64,000 nucleotides of DNA, from contig NC_043005.1 of assembly GCF_006345805.1 (NCBI RefSeq), positions 56,544,001-56,608,000 of the forward strand. The letters are read 5' to 3'. The stretch comes from Octopus sinensis (taxonomy: Eukaryota). The notes beneath the pieces were generated by a model. It saw nothing but the letters and a program-made list of their open reading frames with translations. It was not told the DNA's origin and made no database searches. The position numbers and the translations under genes were made by a program. Shown here one piece after another: positions 26,039-39,110 of this stretch. Numbering within the stretch: position 1 is the stretch's first letter; every line of letters starts with the position of its first letter.

Positions 26039-27062
26039 CAAGGAAGTCAATTTGTAGACAGAACTTACAAACCTTGTTTGAGTGTATAAAGCTCTAGAAG
26101 GAAATAGCTTGAGTGAAAAATATGAACCGCTTTAGGATAGTTTTTTCTAACGCATGACTGCTTAGTGGCGTGGTTGAAATCTCATTGGCTAATGATAAAG
26201 GCTTATCGGCTGTATGTGGCCCATAGCGGCCATACGTACGCATGCACGACTGCACGCACGTTTTCGATAGAGGGAGAAATGTAAATAGTGTATTTAAATA
26301 GACGGAATGCAAAAACTTTTAAATAAGTAACGTTGTAGAGAGAACGTACAAATACCGTAATGACAAATACTTACGCACGATAAAATTAAAATACAATGGA
26401 GTCAATTTTTAGGCAGATGTGGCAAAACTGAATTTAATCACACTGTGTAAACAAAAATTAAAAGTGACTAAATTATTTCTATGGGAAAACGTACAAAAAC
26501 TGTAACAACGGAGATTTTTACGCACGACTAATTGAAAAACACGGATGTCAACTTGTAGACAGAAATTAGTGTGTGAGTGAGTTAAAGAGAGAGAGAGGGG
26601 GAGAGTGAAAGAAGCAGGCATAGACTAAAAGAGAGGAACTATTACAGAGGACGAGGAAGGGTATATGTATAAGCAAGAGAAACAGAGAATGAGAAAAAGA
26701 GGGAGAAGAGAGAAAAGGGAGAGAATCGGTTGAAAGCTTCAGAAGCTTTTAGAGAAAAACCCATGTAAAACACCGCTTCTCCCGGTTTCTCGCTCTACAC
26801 GGGAGCTCTGGGCAAATGTTATAGTACATGACCATCCTTGGCACATAAGTAATGTGTGTGTAACGTTTGGTGAAAATCGACTAAAAATTATAGAAATGCA
26901 TACGTTCTACACACACACAGTCGTCTTTTGTTTTATATACATAGTTTTTAACGTAGGCACAAAGCCAGGAATTTGGGACAGAATTTAGTCTTTAAATCTA
27001 TCCAAATACTTTACTAGCTCTTTCTTCACTATTTGCAAAGTTAACTAAAACAAAAGTATATA

Positions 27063-27420
27063 TGGCTCGCGAACGAAGATCAGGAAGGCTGTCCACGTCG
27101 CGTGCATGCACGCTCATGACTGACAAGTCCAATATGGGAAAGGCAGGTCTGTGAGCAGTGTCCACAGACGAAGGTAACATCCGGTGTGGTACCAGAGGCG
27201 GCTCGCACCTTCCTCCTGCGTCTCTTGTCTTTAAGTGCGTCTCTTCTTTGTTCCTCAAACTTGCTGACTGCGTTGAAGATCGTGTGGCGCCAGACATCAC
27301 GGTCCACAGCCAGGTCTGACCAGCATTGGTGGTTAATTTGACATGCTGTTAGAGACTTCTTGAGGCAGACTTTGTAGCGTTTCCTCGAAGCTCCTCTCAG
27401 TTGCGAACTCTCCACCGGCC
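27063..27420 (-). mobile_element. RTE (BovB-like) LINE, 5'-truncated 3' end
   Basis: Translates RGASRKRYKVCLKKSL...LAVDRDVWR...FEEQRRDALKDKRRRRK...FVCGHCSQTCLSHIGLVSHERAC, a typical RTE C-terminal CCHC region followed by a short tail. Confidence 0.88.
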
Positions 27421-27772
27421 ACATTAAGCGGGACATAATGTATTGTTAAATAACAAAAGTGGTCGGTTCGATTCTCATCCCAAGCCCTCTGCAAATACTC
27501 TCGTGGCGACTAATTTCACAACGGAAAGAAAAATATGCTGAAGTTTTTTTATCTTTTGCTTGTTCCAGTCATTAGACTGCGGCTGATCAAAAAAAAAAAT
27601 CAATTTCGATACTAACAAGTCTGATACTTATTCTATCCGTTCCTTTTGCCGAACCGCTGTGTAAGTGGGACGTAAACAGTCCGATACCGGTTGTCAAACG
27701 GGAGGAGCAAACACAAACACAAACATAAATATATATATGTGTATATGTATGTATTACGTATGTATGAATATA

Positions 27773-27808
<36 letters not shown>

Positions 27809-29496
27809 TGTATGTAGGTGTGGTTGTGTGGCAAGTAGCTTGCTTACCAACCACATGGTTCCGGGTTCAGTCCCACTGTGTGACACCTTGGGCAAGTGTC
27901 TTCCACTATAACCTGAAAGAAGCCCGATGTGTGTGTGTGTGCGCGCGCGCGCGTTTGTGTGTCTGTGCTAGTCCCTCCACCATCACTTGAAAACCGACTT
28001 TGGTATGTTTACGTCCCCGTAACATAGCGGTTCGGCAAAAGAGACCGCTAGAATAAGTACTAGGCTTACAAAGAATAAGTCATGGGGTCAATTTTGTCGA
28101 TTAAAGGCAGTGCTCCAGCCTGGCTACAGTCAATTGACTAAAACAAATAAGAGAATAAAAGAATTTGCCCTATTTATAATTATACCATATGTTACATATA
28201 TATTATATCATACCTTGATACCGTGTGGACTAAGATCCCCGTTGACAGGCCGGTGATATTTATAGAGTGTTAAACCCTTTCGGTATGCAAATTAGGGACT
28301 CATGCATAGAGTAACTGCTGCATTTGTTGAGTATATTAGCAATTTGGCTGCCTGGTTCTCAGGAGGCTGTTAGAATGATGTGGACCCCTCTGATGGGAAC
28401 CCAATAAGGTTCTAAAATCGATTAAGGTTATTCAGCATATTTTTCCAGATTGCAGAGAAATGGCTAAAATTCGCCCTGTTTATAATTATACCACATATTA
28501 TATATATGTGTGTGTGTGTGTGACGGGATTCTTGCAGTTTCCGTCTTCTAGATTCATGTCACAAGGATTTGGTCGGTTTCATACGATAGAGGAAGACAGT
28601 TGCCTAAAATTCCACACAGTGGGACTGAACCCGAAACCACGTAGTTGAGAAGCAAATTTCTTACCATACAGACATACCTGCGCTTATATTTAATTATTCG
28701 TTTAAAGGTAAGTTTGATTGATGGATATTAAAGATTAAAAGAAATTATCGAAATGAGTGGTGACTATTTACAAGGTAAGCTGCTGCTGCTGCTATTGTTG
28801 TTGTTGTTGCTGTTGGTAGTGAAAAGTGTCAACTACATGAAGAATTGATTCTTTTAAGTCAAATCAACTTTTCAACCTCAAACGCCGCAGTTTGTGATTT
28901 TATCGTGTCATAAACAATAAGAATTATACAATGCTTTGATTGGTAGTAGTATCGTTAAATAATCAAAGCCTGATCGTGGAAGGCAAGGCTAGAATTGTTC
29001 GTGTTGCGAATAAAGAAATAAGGCAATATGATACTTTTCAAGTTGAACAACTCGTTTCTACCCGTATATGAGTCTCCAGTCATTTATCCAATCTATTTTT
29101 GGAATTGACTTTCTTAACCATAATATTTACTGAGCAGGTACTGCTACTAACTCAGCTATTGTTTGTGCCGTTACTTATCAAAGCATTTATGAATGCGTGT
29201 GTACGCACGTTTGTGTCTATGTGTTGTTATGTATGCATATTTCTATGCACATATATTTGTACAAATGCATGTGGGAGAGTGTAGCATTAGAGCACTTTAG
29301 CTCTGATCTCTAGCAATGTAGTCACATTTAGTGACAATTATAATTTTTCCTTTTTGGTGAAACGTTGCAAACTGCTGTTTATTAATTTTATGTATACGCA
29401 TTGGCGAATCGTTAAACCATCCATTAATTTGAATGGTGAAAACATATACTAATAGAGAAACGAGTCCGAAAGAGCCGAAGTTTGATCCAGTTCTAA

Positions 29497-29531
29497 CTGG
29501 TGAGGCAACGGAAATTGCCGAAATTGACGTC
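29497..29531 (+). ncRNA. Degenerate hammerhead-like motif between direct repeats
   Basis: CTGGTGA-GGCAA CGGAAA TTGCC-GAAA-TTGACG-TC; an A6G core change, and stems I and III are poor. Confidence 0.4.
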
Positions 29532-29784
29532 AGTATTGGGAATTCTTGATCGGCAATTTTCGGACGATTAAGGGCCCTGTTAATGTATATGTTTACATTT
29601 ATGCGCGTTGACTACAACATTAGAACATTTTAGCTCTTATCTCTAGCAATGTAGGTGTTTCTAACACCCTAGTCACATTTAGTAACAATTATAATTCTTT
29701 TTGGTAAAACACTGCAAACTGCTGTTTATATAAATTATATATGTTTATATATATATGTGTGTGCGTGTGTGTGTGTGTGTGTGT

Positions 29785-29846
<62 letters not shown>

Positions 29847-30226
29847 ATTATCAACCACACATACTCTATGTTTTTGCCTGTTCGCCGGTTCACTATGACA
29901 TACCGCTTTAGGGACGACTCCGTCATAGCACTAGGTGTTAAAACACCTGAAAGTCATTGTCAGGCGAGACAACTCACCCCCGATCCCATCCAGGAATGAT
30001 AGATATCGATATTCTGTCATTTTTGTGGCTTATCACTATCACATACCTGAGTTGAACCAGGGACGAACTGAATCACTAGTCTATGACTATATACAAATAG
30101 TGTAAGAACCATTTGCCGGTATGCCATGATGATGCTGACATAAGATTAAATTCAATTGCGAATTTAATTGAATTTAATCTTGCGTGATTCTAGACACCTC
30201 AAAACAATGAAATCAACACTCACCAC

Positions 30227-30682
30227 TAGTTAGTTAGTTAGTTAGTTAGTTAGTTAATTTGGCTCAAAAGCAAATAGCAAGGCCATGTAGGGGGACATGG
30301 AGTTAAGTACAGGGTGGTGTTCATGTAAAGAGTTCAGGCCACTTGAGGTCAAGGGAGGCTTTGAACAAAGCGGTCGTCGGCATCTTCACCATCTCGTCTG
30401 GCAGCTTCTTCCACGGATCCGCAACCCGGACGGAGAAAGCTCCTCTCCTTCGATTGAGATGAAATCGTCGCAGGTAGAGCTTTTCGGAATGACCCCGCAG
30501 CCGACGCTCTGGAGCAGGAGTGAAGAACAGCTCTTTCGAGAGGTTACACTTTCCGCTTATGATGTTGTGGGCGAGAATGAGATCACCACGGCGGCGGCGT
30601 TTTTCAAGAGAATAAAGGTCGAGCGTCCTCAGCCTTTCTTCATAGGACAAATTTTTGAGACTAGTGATAAGAACACTCACCC
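30227..30682 (-). mobile_element. CR1 LINE 3' fragment with (TAAC)n tail
   Basis: LSYEERLRTLDLYSLEKRRRRGDLI...RGHSEKL...FSVRVADPWKKLP is the CR1 ORF2 C-terminal signature; (TAGT)n at 30227-30257. Confidence 0.92.
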
Positions 30683-30904
30683 CAATACGCTACACCACAA
30701 CCAACAGCTTACGATATGTATTCAACTGTCTCTTCGTCACCATAAAATGAATCATACGAAATATAATTCTGAAGATAGAATTACATCCCAAATGCCCACA
30801 AGAAATTTGAATTCTATGTCCCCCAGGACATACAAGTGGGTGAAGAAGTATACTCTGGTATACAAGTGGGTGAAGAAGTATACTCTGGTATACACCCCGC
30901 TTCT

Positions 30905-31340
30905 CTTTAATTACCACAGTTTTGCTTGTCAGTTGTTTGATTTTAACCAGTTGAGCATGTCCCTTTGTGGCTGATAATATGTGCATCTCTGATCACGAGC
31001 AGAAGTAGTGGGGGAGCATCATAGCCATGTGTTGAGAGGAATTCTTTGGGATTTGGATAATTCACCCCCTGAATACATGAACTTAACATCCTTAAACAAC
31101 CTTTATTCAGGGACCTTTTGAGTGGATTGGACTCCTCGACCCAAAAAAAATTCTAGCTAGGCCCCACTTGCAAGATCATGCGCTGTTAATCTAGATACGA
31201 GATCACCATGTCGCGCACATATTGTCGTGATGTATGTGCCTAGTAGTCATGTGGGGGTAATCATGTGGAGTATATTGGGTTTCGTATATTTGTACCCCAG
31301 TTTAACTTTGAAGGCATGCGCTGCTCTCTCACTCAGTAAC

Positions 31341-31400
<60 letters not shown>
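30905..31400 (+). mobile_element. Interspersed repeat ending in (AAT)n, probable non-LTR 3' end
   Basis: Ends CTCTCTCACTCAGTAAC(AAT)n; an inverted partial copy lies at about 5860-6005 (GATGCTCCCC..CTGCTC.TGATCAGAGATG.ACATAT..TCAGCCACAAAGGGACATGCTCAA). Clade not determined. Confidence 0.65.
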
Positions 31401-31410
<10 letters not shown>

Positions 31411-31949
31411 GCAGTAATTACAATAATAATAATAATAATAATAGCAGTAATTACAATAATAATAATAATAATTGTTAAGGTGTCGAGCTGGTAGAAACGT
31501 TAGCACGCCGGACGAAATGCTTAGCAGTATTTCGTCAGTTTTTACGTTCTGAGTTCAAATTCCACTGAGGTGGACTTTGCTTTCATCCTTTCGGGGTCGA
31601 TAAATTAAGTACCAGTTGCGTAGTGGGGTCGATCTAATCGACTGGCCCCCTCCCCAAATATTTCGGGTCTTGTGCCTAGAGTAGGAAAGAATAATAATAG
31701 TAACAACAACATAACTACTAGTTACAATGTTAGGGATAACACCATCAGCCACGTTACTAATGCCGCATTTGCCTTCTCTGAAGGGCTGGGAACCCTTCAA
31801 TCACCAATACTTATAATGATGGCATAGATGGTATTGAAAACTGCAACTGCGAGGAGAGTGAATCAGATGATTTAACTTAATGCTCCATACAATTTCTTAT
31901 TATACCATTTATAGCACACTTAGCAGAATGATTACTATACAAAAGAGCT

Positions 31950-32885
31950 CCTGGTGTAATTTCATTTACGAAACAAACGCCATGACAAGCTCACTGCAAA
32001 AGCTTTAACGTAGTATATAAGTGCTCCGTCATAAACAGGCTGCAAAACTCCACCAATGTTTACATATGGAGCTACCGTTAATTTTAAATAAAGACACGCA
32101 GCGCATTTAAACTCGTTTAGACACGAAGAAAAAAATAACAGTAATTCAACTTCTCTAGCAGAACACAAGTTGTATATCGTGTAATATGGTTTCTTGGGGA
32201 AGAAAACGTACCACACGATAAAGCTTTGTCCATCACTGACTCTAGTCCTCCATACCAGATCCAAAACGCCCCCTATTGGTTGTGTTGGTTACTCTCCCAT
32301 AAACCAACACAAGTATTAAATAAGCACAACGGGGCATCCTCCCATTGTGTTCACATACTCTTTAAAACTTTCAAATTTTACCACGAATCTAGATGCAGTA
32401 GGACAACTTCCTCTGTATAACTACCTACCAATTTATTTCCACTATGTTGTTTAGATACGGCACAGGCCCATTCAATTGGTTTAATATCCATTCATCATAT
32501 TTGTTTATTCTATTTCATGTATTTATTTGTTTCTCCATAGATTTTTATTTTCATAGATTATCCCCCTACTGTTCTCCAGTCATTCATACTTCTACACCTC
32601 ACCCGACTTATAGCATATGTAATACCTACTCAGTTTCTAAACAGCTATTAGATACCTAACGTCAAGCATTTCCTGGTCTATAATATACTTAATACCTATT
32701 ATAATGAAACACTAGTAAAGCTAGATTTATCTACTTTGGCTTACCAGATTTCTTTGCTCAACATTTTTATCTATTTCATTTACTTTATTCTATCATTTAT
32801 TACAGAATCTATTATTCATTATACTTTGTTCATTTCATCCCTATATGTTACAATTCGCTCTTCTCTAACCTGATGAAAATTTATA
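31950..32885 (+). mobile_element. Penelope-like element relic (GIY-YIG endonuclease plus 3' region)
   Basis: From 32010: VVYKCSV...VYI(frameshift)..NFK*RHAAHLNSFRHEEK...STSLAEH, then LNKHN and SHCVH; a long pyrimidine-rich 3' region ends in CTGATGA near 32870, just before a SINE head. Confidence 0.75.
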
Positions 32886-32930
32886 GTTTATTTATAGGCG
32901 CAGGAGTGACTGTGTGGTAAGTAGCTTGCT

Positions 32931-33457
32931 TAAAGAACTGTCCTCGGGAGCAAGGCGGAGTCCTGGAGCAGTCATTTGAGACCTCTGTAGAAGAGGGAAC
33001 GAAAGCGGCTGAGGAGACGGAGAACTCCTCAGGAAAGGGCCGCAAGAGGAAGAAGGTGAGCAACAATGGGTGCTCACCGAAGGATCCTGGGGATGAGGGA
33101 GAGGAGGTGAATCTCCCAGTCACGGAGGAGACGCACCCTCCCTCAGTTGATAGGGGAAAAAAAGAAGAAGAGGAAGGGAAACGGGTCATTACCGGCAGTC
33201 GGTGACATAGCACCAGAATGTACCGGAGCCTTGCCGGTAGGGGTTGTGCCACCGACAGGGTAAGAGACACCGTTGGGGGAATTGTGCCGCCAACGGAAGA
33301 ACTGACAACCTCGAACCCAGAGGAAGAGGAACTATTGGTCTTCTTCTACAGAGGCAGAGATGTAGAAGAGGTGGTGGAAAAGCACCATAATGGAGTACCT
33401 TTAACCTTCACACAGGATCTCGAATGGCCTCCGCAGATAGCTGTGGAGGTCATAACA

Positions 33458-33460
<3 letters not shown>
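32931..33460 (+). other. GC-rich coding-like fragment, probable retroelement ORF1 relic
   Basis: E/K/G-rich open-like frame with one stop (EEGTKAAEETENSSGKGRKRKK...EEEELLVFFYRGRDVEEVV); its composition differs sharply from the flanks. Assignment is tentative. Confidence 0.4.
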
Positions 33461-33523
<63 letters not shown>

Positions 33524-33668
33524 TTGTGCTCGAAATGAGTAGATAGTCAGCCAACAACTGATGAAGGTCCATTCTTTGTGTTTACTTGTCCTGGTTTCCA
33601 ATTTCTTCTCTCGTTGTATACGTATTTCATGTTGCTTGCACAGATGGTGACGTCTTGTACCCATATAT

Positions 33669-33757
<89 letters not shown>

Positions 33758-33999
33758 TATTATTTATTATTTTATATATATATATGAATTTGTTATTTTA
33801 TCTGTGTTTGCCCCCAACTATCGCTTGACAACCGATGTTGGTGTATTTGCGTCCTCGTAACTTAGCGGTTTGGCAAAAGAACTGATATAATAAGTACTAG
33901 TCTTACAAAGGGGTCGATTCGTTCAACTAAAGGCGGTGCTCCAGCATGGCTGCAGTCAAATGACTGAAACAAATAAATAAAAAGATATATATTTATTTG

Positions 34000-34600
34000 C
34001 TCCCGATAAACTTAATAATATCACAGGCTTCTATGGTTTTTGCCCCTATCACCAGTTGAAGTTTAATCCTTCCCCCATCACTTTCCAAATCAGGTTCATT
34101 GTACTGACGGGCTATAGGTTGAAGAATCCATTTATCTCATTTTTACCTTCTCTACAACGGTATCTGTGGAACCTTGTGAGGGCGTAAATTTGTGTGGGGA
34201 TGTCGTTTTCCTTCAGGACAACACCAAACCTCATGTTTCCTTGCAGACTAGGTAGAACTTGTTGCAGCTTGTCTGGGATGTTCAACATCACTACCGTACT
34301 CATCTTAGCTTGCACCTTCGGATTACTATTTATTTCGGTCCCTACAAAATCTCTTAATGGGGAGAGCTTCAATTCTGTAGAAGACCGTAAAAACAACTAA
34401 GACCAGTTCATTACCCAGAATAATACTGGGAGAATGGGACCATGAAGTTGCTTCAAAGATAGTCATCAAAGGTAGTGGAACAAAATGGAGTATATGTGGT
34501 TCAATAAAGGTATGTACAAATATCTAAATATTGTTTTTGAAGTTAACTTAAAAAAAAGGTACGCACCTTAGCTCCTACCCAATATTAATCAGATGATATC
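34000..34600 (+). mobile_element. Decayed mariner, 3' half of the transposase plus right end
   Basis: Reads VVFLQDNTKPHVSLQTR*NLLQLVWDV...LAPSDYYLFRSLQN with frameshifts; a TIR-like end near 34565-34585. Boundaries approximate. Confidence 0.8.
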
Positions 34601-35086
34601 ATCTGTAGATGTTTTGTACCAGAAGTGCTACTCCTCCCTGAACACTTCATACATCTGTAACAAAAGAGTTGTGGGAATCAACAATTATCAATCCGACAGC
34701 TTTACTAGATTACAGTCAGAACCAATAATTTACACCTGAATGATCGCACCTGCATAAATCAATCGCTTATCACACCCGTAAGTAGAACGCTATATGAATC
34801 ATTAATAATTATTCTAGATTTTAAATAAATATGCTGCAAATGGCACTGTCTATTCTATTCAGAACCTAGCCGTCTCACATTCAGCCTGATTGTGCTGATT
34901 TACTTCTACTGTTGCATGTACACAAATATAACTTTTCAACACATCGCCAAGCATTCATGGTCATAGGACTTTGTAAGTAAAACAAAATGGATCAAACAAT
35001 GAAACGATAGCGAGATACCTATATGTCACTGGATTTAAGTGACAAAAGCTTGTACAACACTTTACCACTCTTCTACTCTCTCTCCT

Positions 35087-35128
<42 letters not shown>

Positions 35129-35404
35129 AAGTAGTAGGTTCCAGTACATTGTAAGATGGCTGGTACTCTAACCACGTTTTATGTCAGAGTATCTTTCTTC
35201 CCAAAGAGTTGCATTCCCCACGGTTTTGTCAAAAAATACATACACGTATTTTTATGTATGTTTATGTGCATGTAGTATATATATATATATATATATATAT
35301 TGATAGAAATGGTAAGACAACAAAAGAATGAAAGAGACTTCGATATTATGTAAATAGAGGGATTTATCTGTAAAATTAATATGTGACAATTATTCGGTAG
35401 CCAT

Positions 35405-35464
35405 GATAAAACTCCGAGTTTCGGATGTTGGGGCGGAAACCCACGCCTCCATCTCTTCAGTTAT
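35405..35464 (-). ncRNA. Type I hammerhead ribozyme-like motif
   Basis: GATAA-CTGAAGA-GATG..GGCG..CGCC..CATCC-GAAA-CTC G GAG-TT-TTATC: 5-bp stem I, near-palindromic stem III, GUU triplet. Confidence 0.75.
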
Positions 35465-35829
35465 CCGACCATCGAAAAAATCTCTCTTTCGATGGCCGGA
35501 TAACTGATATATATATCAGATTGAAGGGGACATAGAAATCCGAGCGATTTCCTTATCTCTCCTGAGAATAACTGCTAACAGCGTGCTTAGAAGTGGACAG
35601 TTCCACACAATCTAAACTTCTAGAGATAATTCATTTGTCGCGGAGTATGAGACTAAGAATCATCATCATCGTTTAGCGTCCGCTTTCCATGCTAGCATGG
35701 GTTGGACGGTTCAACTGGGGTCTGGGAAGCCCGAAGGCTGCACCAGGCCAGTCATATCTGGCGGTGTTTCTATGGATGATGCCCTTCCTAACGCCAAGAA
35801 TGGAATAGATGATATTACATTTATCCCAC

Positions 35830-36520
35830 CATTACGATCGTTTCAAGAATACATAGCACAGACTTTTGGAAGCATCTCAACAGGTTTATAAAGGTTTTAT
35901 ATTCCTCTCTTCAAGCGACTAGCTCCACACATTTCCAACGTGCACCCAAGATACAATTCCAGTCTTCCACCAGTACTAAGGAGCTGTTTTCCCGGAAAAC
36001 ACTTCAAATGCATAAAGAAATCTGGTCGCCTAGCTCCTGTTCGACCGGAGACGGTTACAAGCCTCAGGGTATGACCTTCTCTGCTCGTCACGTCGAGTAA
36101 CACAAATTACGCTCTCGGTCTATGAACATCGTTCGTATCATGAGACTGAGACCTTTCTGAAACAACACAGCCATGCCACCTTATATTTCCGATTGGGTCA
36201 ACTTGGAGACAGGTAAATATCGTACCATTGATATGTGAGGGTCAGAAACTCTGGTTTGACTGATCCACACACACACATTTATAGTTAGTAATGATTTCGA
36301 TGGCCCTGCTTACAAGGTGACTCTAGACTACACGCTTTTATGATGCCTATTCTGAATAAGTTCATGTTCGACAGAAAGAGAACAGAGAAAAGTCTCCGTG
36401 CACATTAATTCTGTTGAGGACGAGGTCCAGATATTTTGTCCTTCTGGTTAGATGTGGGCCTTTACACAAGCAGTTCTTTGTTAAGTTTTTGCTGATGTTC
36501 CCGCTACAGTCCCCTGCACC
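35830..36520 (-). mobile_element. Tx1/L1 LINE relic: ORF1 end plus ORF2 APE endonuclease
   Basis: ATG at 36365 gives MNLFRIGIIKACSLESPCKQGH; then GGMAVLFQKGLSLMIRTMFID and LRLVTVSGRTGARRPDFFMHL, all resembling Tx1-type endonuclease motifs. Confidence 0.75.
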
Positions 36521-36559
36521 ATCGGGATATTTATATTTTTATCGTTTGATGTATATTAT

Positions 36560-36976
36560 TATTTCTTTATTGCCCACAAGGGGCTAAGCATAGAGGCGAC
36601 AAACAAGGACAGACAAAGGGATTAAGTCGATTACATCGATCCCAGTACGTAACTGGTACTTAATTTATCGACTCCGAAAGGATAAAAGGCAAAGTCGACC
36701 TCGGCGGAATTTGAACTCAGAATGTAACGGCAGACGAAATACCTATTTCTTTACTACCTACAAGGGGCTAAACACAGAGAGGACAAACAAGGAGAGACAA
36801 ATAGATTAAGTCGATTGTATCGACCCCAGTGCGTAAATGTTACTTAATTTATCGACCCCTAAAGGATGAAAGGCAAAGTCGACCTCGGCGGAATTTGAAC
36901 TCAGAACGTAGCGGCAGACGAAATACGGCTACGCATTTCGCCCGGTGTGCTAACGATTCTGCCAGCTCGCTGCCTT
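36560..36976 (-). mobile_element. SINE family B dimer
   Basis: Two body copies joined at GACGAAATACC|TATTTCTTTACTAC near 36744. Confidence 0.87.
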
Positions 36977-38099
36977 GTGTGTGATGTATATTACGTATTG
37001 TTTGATTGATCTTTGGGTGTCGGTATGTTATTTTTTGGTATGATGTCTGCGTATTGATATATGTACTTCAGTTGTTCTTCGATTTTCGGGTGTTATAGGA
37101 TTTGCTAGTGTTTGTAATGTTGGTTGTCTCTGTGGTGATCGTGGTGATGGTGATGATGGTGATTGTGATGACGATGGTGCTGGCACGACTGGTGTTGTTG
37201 TTGATGATGATGTTCGTGTGTCGTTGTTGGGAGGTTTTTGTTTTACCCATTTGAATCTCCCAGTTTTTTTTTCTTTTGTTGTTCCTTCTTTTTCTTGTTT
37301 GTTACATTTAACCATTTGTTTTCTTCTCCCCCACCTTCACCAAACGACATAACTGAGTAGTACGAAGCGGAGCGGGTCATGTCTTGAGGGGTTTTTTTTT
37401 TTCGAGGACTTTCAGTTACAGTTGTTGGTGGGGGTGTGATAGCTCTTGAGGGCGATGTTTCTTATTTTATTTTTGTTGCCGTTGTTTCCACTGATATTTT
37501 GCTGTCGTTGTTGCTGTTGTCTTCTTCTTCTTCTTCTAATCAGGACTCACGCCATTAGCCACAAAGAATAATCTCTAATTCGAGCCTACTGTAAGCTACT
37601 AAGACTGCGTGTGGCAACTTGAAGATCCACCCACCACACGCGATAGACTGGCGGTTGCACGGGCGCGAAAGCTACGTTGTTATCCTCATTTCGTAAACGG
37701 TGGCTTTTATCGGGTGGAGAGCTGAACAATCCCGGGCTACAGAGGGTTCGCAATCTAGACTAGGGTCTGAAAGTTTACCACACCATAGTAGGTTACACCA
37801 TGGTTCCTCTGCTTCGTGGCAGAAGTAGGAAGAAAGAGCGAGAGAAAGTTGTGGTGAAAGAGTACAGCGGGTATCAGCCCCCCCACCCCACCCCACCGGA
37901 GCCTCGTGGAGCTTAGGTGTTTTTGCTCAATAAACACTCACAATGCCCGGTCTGGGAATCGAAACCGCGTTCTTACGACCGCGAGTCTGCTGCCCTAACC
38001 ACTGGGCCATTGCGCCTCCACTGTTGCTGTTGTTGCGGCTGCTGCGACTACTGTGGTTGCTGCTTTTTTTTTTACCCTGGACAGAAAGCCTTCAGATGG

Positions 38100-39110
38100 T
38101 TTGTGTCACCCCTCAAGTAACATTTCAAATTTCTGTCCTAAACGGCCATTACAGTAGTGAGCTGTCTGCAGATCCATTAAGTCCGATGGATTCCATCCAT
38201 GAGCATTTACACTGCTTATTCTAATTATGGTCATGTTCGATAGAAGGAGGGCGTATTCATGTGGAGGAACAAGTGTTCCGTCCCTCCGCTGGTTATGGGT
38301 GTTCTTTAGACACTCTTTTGTTTATATTGTCTCTGAAATCTATTCTATAGGGGGCATTTATTTTTTTGAATACATGTATGTTGCGACATTTAAATGATTT
38401 TCATGTTTGGCTGTTAATATAATGCATTTAATGTCTGTGATATTTGTATGTGATCCATCAGATATTTTTATTGTTTGTGTTTATGGTTGCGTGGTGAATT
38501 TCCTTTTTGTTCAGATTGGAGAATGTGTTCCGACTGTTGAAGTGTGAGTGAATTTGGTTGATTGTACCCGTGATCATAGTGTCTGTGATAGCGGCGGCGG
38601 CGGCGGTGGTGGTGGTGGTGGTGATGGTGGTGGTGGTGACAGGATGATGCTCTTGTTAGTGCTAGTGAAACAGCTGCTGGGTGGTAGTGAATCGTTGCTC
38701 AAAGCCACCTCCCCCATTTGTTCGTATCTTCCAGCTTTTGTGGAGGTAGTTTTTCTGTGTTGGGGTACTTCTGTTTGCCATATAGGGTCCTGACCGCCAC
38801 CTTCTTCATACATCATATCTATGTGATGTGAGTCGAGGTATGTCTTGAGGAGGTTTGTGATGCATCTGCTTGGAATCGAGTTGCACACGCCCCTCCCAAT
38901 CCGTCAAAGACTGAACTGTAGCTTTACTGTCACGCTGCGCCTCTGCCGTGCGAACCCATTGAGCTGCATTTGTTCCCTCCTGCCTCATAGTACGAGTCAT
39001 AGCTCTGCAAGTGCATCGATAGTGCTTAGCGTTGAAGAATCGGTCAAGGACCAATCTCGCCGCCAGCACATCATCTGCAATGCCTTTCCTAGACACCTCT
39101 TCTAAGTTAT
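38100..39110 (-). mobile_element. Rearranged Tx1/L1 relic (post-EN linker joined to an ORF1-like Pro-rich region and the ORF2 start)
   Basis: 38850-39110 gives AARLVLDRFFNAKHYRC..RA..RQEGTNAAQWVRTAEAQRDSKATVQSLTDWEGR; ATG at 38234 gives MTIIRISSVNAHG, like an EN N-terminus. Confidence 0.6.

Noticed and set aside
30831-30890. 30-bp perfect direct repeat
   Set aside because: It is a small local duplication within repeat-derived sequence with no sign of function.
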